A DNA stretch of 64,000 nt from positions 1 through 64,000 of the forward strand of contig BROI01000037.1 of NCBI GenBank assembly GCA_027923505.1, written 5' to 3'. Made by a program: the position numbers and the translations under genes. Below are positions 1 through 11,100 of this stretch, piece by piece (the first letter of the stretch is position 1; every line of letters begins with the position of its first letter). The stretch comes from Mayamaea pseudoterrestris. Its lineage: Eukaryota. Under the pieces are notes generated by a model. The model had not been told where the DNA came from. It worked only from the letters and a program-made list of their open reading frames with translations, and did not search any database.

Positions 1-547
1 TAACTTTGTCTGCACGCTGGCAGACGTGCAAGGAAACATGTGGCGATGCTTGCATCGACAAGATTGAAGCCTTTGATTCTGCACGTCGGAAACCTTCTTC
101 CAGGATGTTCCAAGACTGCAGTGCTCCGCCAGATAGTGGCACACCGGAGCAGTTGCAAAACAATACATGCTCCGTCTACTACAACAAGGTGGTGAGCTGC
201 TTGTCTGCCAATTCTGAACAGGTGGCGTCGCCTTCCAACACGGGAACGTGTGACGTATGCATTGGAGCGAACGCGCTTCCATCGAGTATGACTGCGCTGC
301 CGCGAGTGACTATGCTTGCAACGTTGCAAGTGATTGCTACCAAGATTGTGGATCGGTCTGTAACGATGAGCTATTTACCTTTCTGCAGTGTCAAGGTGAC
401 AATTTAGCGGGGGAGCAGTGCGCATACGATTCGTGCGATGATACAGGCAAGCGACGACTGGATCGGCGCAGCGGCAACCATGGTGTTTCACCATCTGCAA
501 TGACTGCGTTACTGGCATTACATTTGCTTTGTAGATATATAATATAA
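1..547 (+). CDS. 3' part of a cysteine-rich secreted/GPI-anchor-like protein; one apparent frameshift near 278
   Basis: ORF 6..407 is Cys-rich up to ...CDVCIGANALP. The Cys pattern then continues in another frame (IEYDCAAASDYACNVASDCYQDCGSVC...), followed by KRRL (RXL) and a hydrophobic C-terminus (AMTALLALHLLC). The 5' end is outside the window. Confidence 0.5.
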
Positions 548-3500
548 ATGATTATTTATAAGTGTAAAGCTATGTTGCAGTCGCGTTGTTTCGCTCTCTA
601 CTATTCCACCCTGCAGATATTCCTCCAGCATATCTTCCGGCGCGCCGGCTCCAGTCGCAGTTTCGGTGGAAAGTAGGATGATAGCTTGCCGTGAACGCAC
701 TTTTTGCAGCAGAGACTCGGCCAATGAACTATCATTGAGCCATTTCTGATCCCTCCAGTGGTTGCCTTTGATAATTGGTGAGTTTGTCTTCGACCAAGAT
801 AGATAGCGGCAATGTCCAAAACAGCGTGCCACTTGTATCGATTGCTCACGCGACATGCCAGTAATTGTTCCCTTCAGAGTAAAGATGGAGTGTTGGTGGC
901 GAGCGATCTTAAACATTCCTGCGCCGTCGTAAATATCCGATGCCTCAGCGCGAGCCTTGTCGGAGGATGGAAGAGCAGCAGTTTGTTGAGATTGAACCAA
1001 CAGTCGTAGAGTGGAGGCGCGGTGGAGTTTTGAATCGTCAAGGCAGTCTCGTTTAACAGTCCAAGACCTTCACGAATGACGGAGGCAAGTTTCATGTTTA
1101 TCCGGAAAAGAAGGACGCTGAAGATAAATGCCAGACCTATTATGATGTAAATGAAGCATCGTCTTGTACAATGGAAAATGTGGGAAAAGGACAAGTCGTT
1201 ACGTAATAAGATGTTATGGCAAGAAGAGCTTTGGGTGGACGAGATTTTGACAATGTCGTAGTGGAAACCGATGAGACAATTTTTGAATGTTTGGGTATGA
1301 CGCATCGGTTCTGACGTCGGTTTTTCGGTTGCATCAAAAATTCCGTCACAATTTCGACATCGACACGACGTTGTAAGTCGTTCCGCTTTACTTGATGCTA
1401 CCACTGCTGTTAGTAACATTGAATGTTCGAAATGCTCGAAAGTAGATGCGAGAATTCGCACAGCGATCCAGCAGACCACAAAGAGATCATGCTCAATAAT
1501 ATCAAGCACCAACCAAGAGAAGAGTTGTACAAACTATTGCTACTGCGACAAGTACTCGCATTGGTTACATCTTCTCCTCAATTTGTTTGCGGCAAAGCAA
1601 CTGACAAATACTTAATTCCGACATCCATATCCAAAGACTTGTCATGGCCACTGGGCAAAATTGCCTTTTCCTCAAGTCTTCCCTGGCTGCCCAAGTGCGC
1701 CACCATTGAAACATGCATTGTGCCAAACACCATTTGACGCACGATCAGCCTCTTCTGTTCCGGTCCGACAAACGTCGTTCGATCCAAAGTGGAGGCTTGT
1801 GGATTACAACCCCCGTGGCACCAACACTGCAGTTGCGAAACATGATGATCGATCGTGAAACCGCATGGTCCCGTCGGACACATTGTCTTGGGCAAATGGC
1901 GTCGGAGACAAGGAATTGGGGATTTTTCGGCGCACTATCCCAACGCCACTTTGTGGATTACAACCGGGTCGTGGAGTTCCAATCAACTTGCCCATCACCG
2001 AGTAACTCAAGCAGGAGTATAAACATCGTGACAACCAGTTCAAAGAAGTGTCAGAAGGAGGTTAACAAAGGCAGTGATGAAAAGTTGGGGCCCTTTTCCT
2101 TTCACCGTCGGTGGTTTGAAATGTTTACCATAAACCACCAAGACATGAGAACGTTGTCAGTGTCACCAAGACACCGCCGGCCATTGTTCCAGGAGGATCC
2201 GCGTGTTGGGAGGTCAACAAGCCAAGGGAGAGGGAGGAGATGGTGCAGTTTGGTTCGTTTTTTCGTCGATGAGTTGCCAGTGTATCCGAAGCACTTGGAT
2301 GTGCCAAACGAGCGCAATGGGAGGCGCATAATTCGTCGTTCCATGGTGATAAAAAGCACGATATTCAATTGAAGCAATCCGTCAAAAGGGTAATCCTTTG
2401 TCTCCCCGAAATGTTATTTTTGTCGAGGACGAGTCTTCGCACTCTTTTAAAAACATGCAACGAATCATTCCAGGCTCATTTGAACAATGATGTACGCGTC
2501 AACGGCTCGAAAGAGTCCAAGTTTGATCCTTTACGAGAAGTCGACCAGAAGACCGGTTCCGCAATGGGCGTTCGCCGAGATGGCGCTACTGCAATCGGCG
2601 AGCGACTGCTGACAAAGTACGGCATCGTTGCTCAGTTGTGATGGCGAGCCAGCAAGGGAAACGAGCGGCAGAGAAAACAGTGTGGTAAAAGCTCGGAAGA
2701 AAGTCGTAATAGCTTTTACAACGTGGGTCGTTTCAACACTCATGAGATTTGATGTTAACAATAAGATGATCACAGTGACGCGGAGAAGGTGTTTTGGTAC
2801 AAGTCGCTTTTTGATTATTGCGCAATAAATCCGCTATTTGCTGTCGATGCGGAATGCAAAAGGTCGATCCCGCGATGCCGTACGATTTCCAGTGATTTTG
2901 ATGTGATGTGATGTTGTTGAATCATGTCATCCGACACACTCCACCAAAACTGCGCCAAGCTTCCACCTAGACGACGTCTCGTCGTGCATCAACAAAGCCA
3001 GCCGCCGCCGCCGCAGCACAGCAAGAGAACATGGCAAAGAGCCAGCAGAGCAGCATAAACAATGAAATGAAAATTATCCATCCATCGCCAGATGTGAAGC
3101 CTTAGCGTTGAAATTTTCGCAAGCTTCCAGGAAGCGTCTCATTCAATCATTGACGAGAGAAGGGACCAGTCTGTTCGCCGCATCAGGCGCAAGCGTTTTG
3201 AAGTTTTTTGCTTGTCTACCCAAAGCGTGCAATTGGATGTGATGCTAGTTGCAGGTGATGACGACCAAGACAAAGGAGGTCGCGCCCAGCAAAAAAAGAG
3301 AGGAAGATGCAAATCGAAAAAGATGAACGTTCCATCCAGTCGGTATCTATAACAATTTTTCTTGCTGATTACCTACGATGCGTGCGCACGCAATACTGAG
3401 TTTTATCCAAACGCTGGGTTACTGCGTGACAAACTCCAGTCCTGGGAACTATTTCCAAGGTCGGCGCAATATTGGCGCAGGATTTACCAAAGCATGTTGC

Positions 3501-4544
3501 TTCGTGGAAGAATGCGCCACAAAAGTGGATGGTCCGAGAGAGTGGTGCGCGGTTAATTTGCCTTTGGCGATACCTGCATGTTCAACTCAAGGCGGTCAAG
3601 ACAAAGGTTTCACTGCGGAGACTGCACCGCTTCCTGAAAGATGGTGATGCGAGTCGTTGTAAAGTTTCGAGCCATTTTATATTCAAGAGACGGGAACATG
3701 AAGATGTACGTCAATCGCCGAGTACGAATCCTGACACGCAATACTTTGGAGTTGCTGCTTGCCGACATTTGTTCCGTCGTTTGGCCGGTTTGATGACGAA
3801 CTCCAAAGTCTTTATACTCGAGCGCTTGGCCGAGTACGCAAGCTGGCCAAGAAGCAACACGTTCGCAACGTATACCGCACGTGAACCAAAACCATTTTTG
3901 CTACCGCCTTTTTGCAGTCGATTGAGTACAGTCTCCGCTAAGAAAGACGGTTTGGTTGACGCACGATATCAAAGGGGGAAAAAACACAGAATGGGTGCAG
4001 GGGAGTTGTGTCGCTGACAAGTTGGTCGGTGAGAAGAGAATGAACGGGCCTTTTCGGTATCAAAGGTCATAAAGATGACGGAGCGGACTTTGTGCTGAAG
4101 AGGCGCGGGGAGTCGGAGTCAGACCGGCAAGCAAGGACAAGGAATTGTTCGCGAGAGAAACACGGGGATGGGTGAAGGGACAAGGGGGATACACGGAAAA
4201 CGCTGTTGGGATTTGATCCGTTAACGGATCCGAACGAGTAGAGGGGTGGCGAATTCCATGCTGGCAAAGTCGGCAAGCGCAAGCGAGTGTAAGAATCCCG
4301 TTGCAGGGGAATTGTGTCACAGAAATCAGATTTGTCTATACTTTGTGAGTAAACATGCTTGCTGCACGTTGTATCTTGTAAAGTTATCTCTGGAGCATGA
4401 AGTCGCAATAAATATATGCGAACTGAAAGAACATCGAAACAAATTTGTACGAGTTGGTTTTATATTTAAAACCAGTACACCATCTTAATAATCACACATA
4501 AGCAACCGATAAATTCAGAAAAGAGTACAAATTGGTAGTCAGTA

Positions 4545-5823
4545 AGTCATGTTGACATGTCTACTGGAAGGGCGACCGTCATTCCTGGCTAGTTCTACAA
4601 GAGCTTTCTTGCCGTCACAGCATCCTTCTTCAGCTCACAGAAGGCTTGCTGTCTTCGCAAGCCTTAGCAAGTCAGATCTAACGGCAGCGTGTCTTAAAAT
4701 GAGCACCGTAATCATTGGCCATTTTCTCCGCGCCGCCATGAGTTGTCGAAACACATCTGGAATTCGAAATCATGTCAAGCATCTCCGACACGTTTCTTTC
4801 AACTTTGACAACACTGCATCCGTGCAGTCTGTTCCTTCCGGATTAACAAACGAACATTTACTAAGCTGCGTCTGATACGTGCTATTCTCAACAATACCCA
4901 ATACTCACATTTGTCTTGGTACAAAGTTTAGTTCCTTGCGAACGTCCGCCAAACTCACTTCCTCCGGCGTCGTGACACCACAGCTCCTGCAACAGCATTG
5001 GCCCGCTGCAGGTACTCGAACGGTTGAAATATGCTCGTCCGATGTTCCAGGAGGCGTATCAATAATCAAATAATCCAAACGGTCAGTATCACCCGGCCCA
5101 ATCCAATTTCCGTCAAGAATTGCTGAATCAGTGCATTCTTCCTCGGCCCGCGCCATACAAGTTGGTTAGGATCCTGCAACATGAAACTAATACTCATATC
5201 ACAAATTGCGGCGGTTTCACGTAGATTAAGTGTCCAGCGCGCCGCTGCCCGCTTAGAATCTCCTACGCAGGCGGCGTTGCCTAGCACCATGCGAGGAGCC
5301 GAGGGTCCGTACTTTCAACGTCCAGCAAACCAACGGCGTAGCCCCGACTGGCGAGTGTATGGCAGAGTTGGGATGCTGCAGTGCGGGAGTAGTTTGTTTA
5401 GTCCAGATGTGCAACGGCTAAAGCAAACGAGCGTGTGTGACAGGTCCGTGGTCCAGGTGATGAGTCTCAAAACATCAGCAAGCAGCATCAGCATCCAAAT
5501 TAAATGTACATATAAGACGAACTGTGACAAGACCAAGACAACGCTGGAAACGTTAGCGCCGTCTGCAGTCGCATTGTTTCGTCCTGCACCACTGCTTGGT
5601 CTTGCTGGAACTGACCAGAGCTGCAGGCGGCTTGGCTCGGACATCCATCACATGCTGTAAATACGAAACGATTGATTAAAAATCAGTACTGTGATTGATA
5701 ATGCTAAATGGCGCTCAAAAATGCAAATTTTCTTTGAATCATACCGGAAGCCTTTCCAGCCTTTTCCGAGGACGGGCCGACGCATCCTTCATTGGCATTG
5801 GCCGGAACTTCTGCCGTTTGCAT
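4545..5823 (-). pseudogene. NBP35: Cytosolic Fe-S cluster assembly factor NBP35/NUBP1, multiply frameshifted (pseudogene or assembly error)
   Basis: Exon 1 (5823-5745) and a GT-AG intron (5744-5655) give MQTAEVPANANEGCVGPSSEKAGKASACDGCPSQAAC, the CX13CX2CX5C Nbp35 N-terminal motif. Fragments in shifting frames follow: [82 protein letters not shown]. The GKGGVGKS P-loop is not readable. The 3' end is approximate. Confidence 0.85.
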
Positions 5824-6109
5824 TGTCGTTGTCGGAACAACAGAGGTTGACATCTAAAAATGAGTTTCTTGTGTTATTGTCAATAGTGAGACTTGCAATG
5901 GAGAAAACAAATAATGAAAAAATGCCATGGTCGAGGGACGATGGCATTTGAAAACCGATGGGATACTTAGCTATCGTCTTTTGATATTACAATACTAACA
6001 CGCCTTTGTACGATTGTACGTAAAGCAAGAAAGCCTCTTACATAAAATATCGTGATGATATCAAACTAAATATATCGAGATGATAAAAATCGTCATAAGT
6101 AACGTATTA

Positions 6110-7381
6110 TCACTTTGCACCAACAATCTTGTACGCCGCATCCTCCTGGCCCGGACCTAGCTCCTTCAGCTTTGCCAGAAAGGCGCGCACACCCGACTTG
6201 GAGCGGAACCGGTGCCCCTTTGGCGACTGGTAGTAGGGATCAAGACGAGAGGGATCCGACTTGCGGGGTCGGTGCTGCACCGTCCATCCGGTCGGCCACT
6301 TGTCGGGTTTCTTTGGATCAATCAAACCGTGCAAGGGTAAATATGGCGGTTCGTCGCCAGCATCAGCGGCAGACGCAGCCAAATCCTTGCGAGGCTTCTT
6401 GGCGGCGGCCGCGGAAGCGGTTTTGGCAACAGGCGCCGCCCGCTTCTTGGACGAGGTTGTCTCCGCCTTGGCCGCTCGCTTCTTGGACGAGGCGGTGACA
6501 GCCTTTGGCGATGACTGTTTGGTACCAGTAGAGCTAGCCTTTTCCGCCTGCTTGGCAGCCGCAGCCAAATTAAAGGGTGACGATGATGAAAGAGAGCTTC
6601 CAGCCGACTTGCGAGGCGTCGCCTTGATGCGAGCAGAGCGAGCAGCCTCCTCCTTCTTGTTGCTCATCATTGTCTTGCGCGCCACTTTGCCCTTGATGCG
6701 AACCATCTGCATCTCCTCTTGTACAGCAACGTTAGCTATGCCTTCGCTCTCCGCTTGCATAGTTTCGTCGCCATTTACATCTGCCACAGGCATCTTGCGA
6801 TCGCAATCGTCGGCGGCGGGCTTGTCATTTTCTTCCTGCACTGGTTCGCTTGCTGGTTCCACCTCCATCTTGGCGTCCGCATATACCGCGGCGGCTGGCA
6901 TCTTGCGATCGTCCTCGTCATCTACCTTCAATACTTCCGCCTCGGCAAGCTTCTCGTCGCCTTTTTCAGCATCGCCCATCTTGTCTTGCTCCTTGCTTTC
7001 CGCCTCGTCATCAGTGGCTTTTGGTTGTTCAGATTCAATTGCTGAAGCAAAAGCAGAAGCAACGGGTGGTTCTACAGCATTCAGAGTGTCAACAACCGCA
7101 CCTTCCTTGTCCTCGGAGTCAGTAACAGCATTGTTATGCTCAGTCGGCGCCGTCGGCGCTTCATTAGCTTCATTACTCTCGGCTGTTTCCTTCTTGGGCG
7201 TCGTGTCAGCTCCTTCCTGGTTTTCGTTTGATGCGGCGCTTGACGCAGCCGCTGGTGGCGCTGCAGCCTCCACCAAAGCTGCAACGTCAACCGCCGCCGC
7301 AGCCGCCGCCGCAGCGTTAGTAGGCGCGCCGCTTGCGGCATTCGCCGTCGGAGATGTCAATGCCTCCAAGAGCTTTTCCAT
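6110..7381 (-). CDS. Methyl-CpG-binding domain (MBD) protein with long acidic then basic low-complexity N-terminus
   Basis: C-terminal WPTGWTVQHRPRKSDPSRLDPYYQSPKGHRFRSKSGVRAFL matches the MBD consensus (LPxGW...RKS...DxYYxSPxGxxFRSK). First in-frame ATG is at 7381 (MEKLLEAL). Confidence 0.8.
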   Translation of the reverse strand: MEKLLEALTSPTANAASGAPTNAAAAAAAAVDVAALVEAAAPPAAASSAASNENQEGADTTPKKETAESNEANEAPTAPTEHNNAVTDSEDKEGAVVDTLNAVEPPVASAFASAIESEQPKATDDEAESKEQDKMGDAEKGDEKLAEAEVLKVDDEDDRKMPAAAVYADAKMEVEPASEPVQEENDKPAADDCDRKMPVADVNGDETMQAESEGIANVAVQEEMQMVRIKGKVARKTMMSNKKEEAARSARIKATPRKSAGSSLSSSSPFNLAAAAKQAEKASSTGTKQSSPKAVTASSKKRAAKAETTSSKKRAAPVAKTASAAAAKKPRKDLAASAADAGDEPPYLPLHGLIDPKKPDKWPTGWTVQHRPRKSDPSRLDPYYQSPKGHRFRSKSGVRAFLAKLKELGPGQEDAAYKIVGAK

Positions 7382-8147
7382 GCTAATAGTATCAATAAAA
7401 ATGACAATCGTTTTCGGCAGCTTTCGTCGCGCAAGGTTTTGTTGTGGATCACTCCGCGATGCAAGGCTCTCGTGCGACCGCGGAAGATCGCGTCGCAGCA
7501 CCACTCATAAGGTTCAGGTTAAAACAAACAGCAGGACAATCGCACCGGCACTGCTTGGAGTCGTTTCCGCCAGCTATCATTCACATTCTCATTTGCCTCC
7601 ATATTTCCTTCATCTGCATTGATTCTGCTGCTGCCGTTAAGTTAAATTATCATGTCAACCTCTGTCTCTTTCTTTTCTGCTGCTGAATTTGACCATAAGT
7701 ACGATACTTAGCTATCCGATGGAATTGCCAACTTATAAATATGCGCCACTTAACTAACTACAAGCATTATCAGCGCATTGCCATGAAATGATCAATGCGG
7801 TTTCTGCAACACTGCTCACTTGCATGAAGCGTTTTTGGAATTGCGCAGTGTCAAATTGTTGCCTATCGCTCGCCGGAATTTCAAGAAGGATCGCCTAAGC
7901 ACAAGCCACATTGCTCGAAGTGGAGGCAGCAGCAAGCGTCGGTGGAGCGCCAGCATGAATAAGTAAAAAAGATGAATGTTAGCTTGATCGACGGCTTTTC
8001 GCGAGTGAAAAAGAAGTTGTCATGACGTTGTTGCAGCAGCCGACTTTACACTTCAACATAGCTTGACATCGCAAACGAGTAAGATACCATAAGGACTTCA
8101 TAAAGTACGTAAAGCACTGTAGTGCATCTCTATCATCATATATATTT

Positions 8148-11100
8148 TTACGAAGAATCACTATCTTCGCTCGATTCGTCCTCAGAGCTGTCAGAATCAT
8201 CCTTCTTTTTTATTGGCGTCGGAGAAGGCTTAGCTTCATCGTCGCTTTCGTCTTCACTGCTATCGTCCCCGCCTTCACTACCTTCTTCGTCCCCGCTATC
8301 TTCTTCTTCGTCAGATTCCTCTTCCTCGTCGTCATCCTCGTCCGAAGACTCGCGAGCTGCCGCCATGTTTTGCAGTGTCATAATCAACTCCGCTTCCCGC
8401 CCCAAAAACTGCTCCATCATGGCGTCGACATTATCAACTTCACTTGGAACAACCTCCCCAACAAGAGCAGCAACCTGGCTGCGATATGCAGCTCTTGTTG
8501 CTTCGTCGGGAATGACCAATTCCTCGCTTGCTTCCGCCTCGTTATCTGATTCGTCATCCTCTTCACTTTCCTCCGATTCTTCCTCGCTGCTTTCTTCATC
8601 AGCGCTTTCCTCGTCTCCGCTTTCCTCTTCCTCTTCTTCGCTTTCATCCTCGCTACTTTCTTCCTCTAATTTGACTTGCGTTTCCTTCTCATCATCACTG
8701 CTTTCGCCTTCGTCGCTTTCTTCGTCATCATCCTCTTCGTCAGTACTTTCGTCCTCCTCTTCGTCGCTGCTCTCACCTCCGCTGCTTTGTACTTCCTTCG
8801 GTGTATCAATTTTGCCCGTTTGATTGTTGGTAATATCCTCCGTCAATACTGGTAGACTCTCGGCTGCAACTACCGTTGGCTGCACCATTCGCTCGGGCCT
8901 CTCGTCACCAATAGACGCTTTTTCGGCGGTCTTCTCCTTCGCGAGAGGCATATCGGCAAGTGCGTCATTGTCGGAACTTTCCTCTGAGCTACCATCGTCT
9001 ACACTTGACCAGCCTACCTCATTTTCCTCGCTTGGAGCAGCTATTTCATTTATTGCATCCGGATCCTTCGATAGTAATGCCGCTTCGACGGCTGCTGCTG
9101 CCTGCATCGCTTCGACATCATACATAATAACTTCCTGTTCCTCGTCCAACATTTCTTCAGTTGATGTCAAGCTACCGTCATCGTCATCAAGTATTTCTTC
9201 CTCAGTAAACTCTTCCTCGTCGACTATTTCTTCGTTCGCTTCCTCCGCAGCTTTGATGGCGTCAATCATGGATATTCTAGCGGCAATCTCCTCCTCCAGC
9301 GTCTCAGGCGTCACTCCTTCTGTAGCAAGATCGGTTGTTGCAGAATTTGGAGATAATACAGATGCTGCTGGAGTATCGTATGCATCATTAAATATTAAAA
9401 GTTTGTCGTCTGAACTCGTCATGACGCCCAGGGCACCATTGGTTGGTATGGCAATGCCAATGTCCGGCGGCGTTAAAGGTGACATTACGGTGTCGGTGTC
9501 ATTGTCTCGCGGAACGGCCGATTCTTGGTAGCGCTGATTGTAATGACCTTCGCTTGTTGAGGTCAGAAGAAGATCGTATTCCTTCGAAGGCTGCGATGTG
9601 CCATCACCATCGTTCAATAGATTTCCAAAGTGATCAAGGTCACCGTTTGCAAACAGAATGTCTGCGGAATCATCCAAGTATGCACCGTTGTGGGCAGAAT
9701 GATCTATGTCCTTGCTTGGTTTCTCTACTTCAGCAGCAACTCTATTTTTTCTGAAATCGTAACAAACATATATGCCGATGCAAAGAGCAGCAATGACCAC
9801 AGCAACCGCGGCTGCGATGCCTATGATTGCGCCCATGCTCGGATCGCTGTCATTCGTTGATTCTGCTGCTTCCGATGACTCCGGGGGCTTGATGGGCAAT
9901 GAAGATGACACGACAGTCACCTCACTAGTCGAATTAATTTCTTTTAGTTTAGCATCAAGTTTGCCCTGGTCAATGGCAATCTGCGATAGGGCCTGGTAAC
10001 TCTGAGTGATGCTCGCTTTGTTTTGAGTGTTGCTACGCAAAAATAAGACAAACGAAGCGTAGGCAGTCTGGCATGTAGCGCCAGGCGCAACAATTGCTGG
10101 ACACACGGAGTCATCAATTTGATATATTTTCGGGGAGCCAGCTTTTAAATCACTAACCTGCAACCGCCGTCCACGGAGTCTTGATAGCATTATCGTGTTT
10201 GTTAGGTCTTCGATGAATTTAGCGTAGGCTTCATCAAGTTCTCGACGACGGCGTCCATTGGCCAAAGCGGATGCATTCAAACGACTGTCGATGGACAGGA
10301 TAAAGGAATTATATACTGGCAACTCTTCCTCGTCACCAGTTAGACTTAAACTGTTATTGTATGCCTGAATAGCCAAATCGACCTGCTCGCAAAGTCTCGC
10401 AACGTTCCTTTGCTGGTCTTTTGTCGCATCTTGACCTGGTTCAGCACCGGTGATATCGATAGCACCGTTTTGACTCAAATCATAAAATGCGTTTTGAAAT
10501 ACTGGATCCAATTCGTCAAAGGTGATCGCTTGAGCATTTAAGATCTTTGCAATGAACCTCACATATTCTGACTGCACCAAGATGCTGTCGCGGTTCACGT
10601 TAGCGACAACCAGAGCGCTGTTGCAGGCTGATCGAGCATCGTTGCTAGGGGCGTTAGTGGAATTACCGGATTCAGGTTGTTCCGCTGACGCTACCGCCGC
10701 CAGAGTTGATACACAGATGGATTTTAAATTGTCCGACTGGACAATTGTCGGCGTAGCGCCCGGTCGTGATCCAGTAATGCTTATGAAACCACTAGCGTCG
10801 GTCAAATCCTCATAATTCGTTTGCAGGGGCTGAGCGAGTACTGAAAAGGCTTTATTTATGTAGCTAAGATAGTTGATTAAAAATAATTCACGTGAGTGTT
10901 GTGTTGTTGACATCACGCGGCGCGATTCAATATCGTCCAAAAACGCAATTGAGCACTCACCGATTATCCGTCAAGCGGTTCAAAAAACGAACATATTCCA
11001 TATTGTCTAACTGCTCGTCTCGACTTATATCTGAGACAACCATGGCTATCTTACACGAATTCAACTCGGTAGCATTAATGTCTGTGGTGTTCAAAGTGGA

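Noticed and set aside
6261..7622. 453-aa plus-strand ORF
   Set aside because: Antisense shadow of the MBD gene; its S/A/L-rich composition mirrors the real E/K/A-rich protein.
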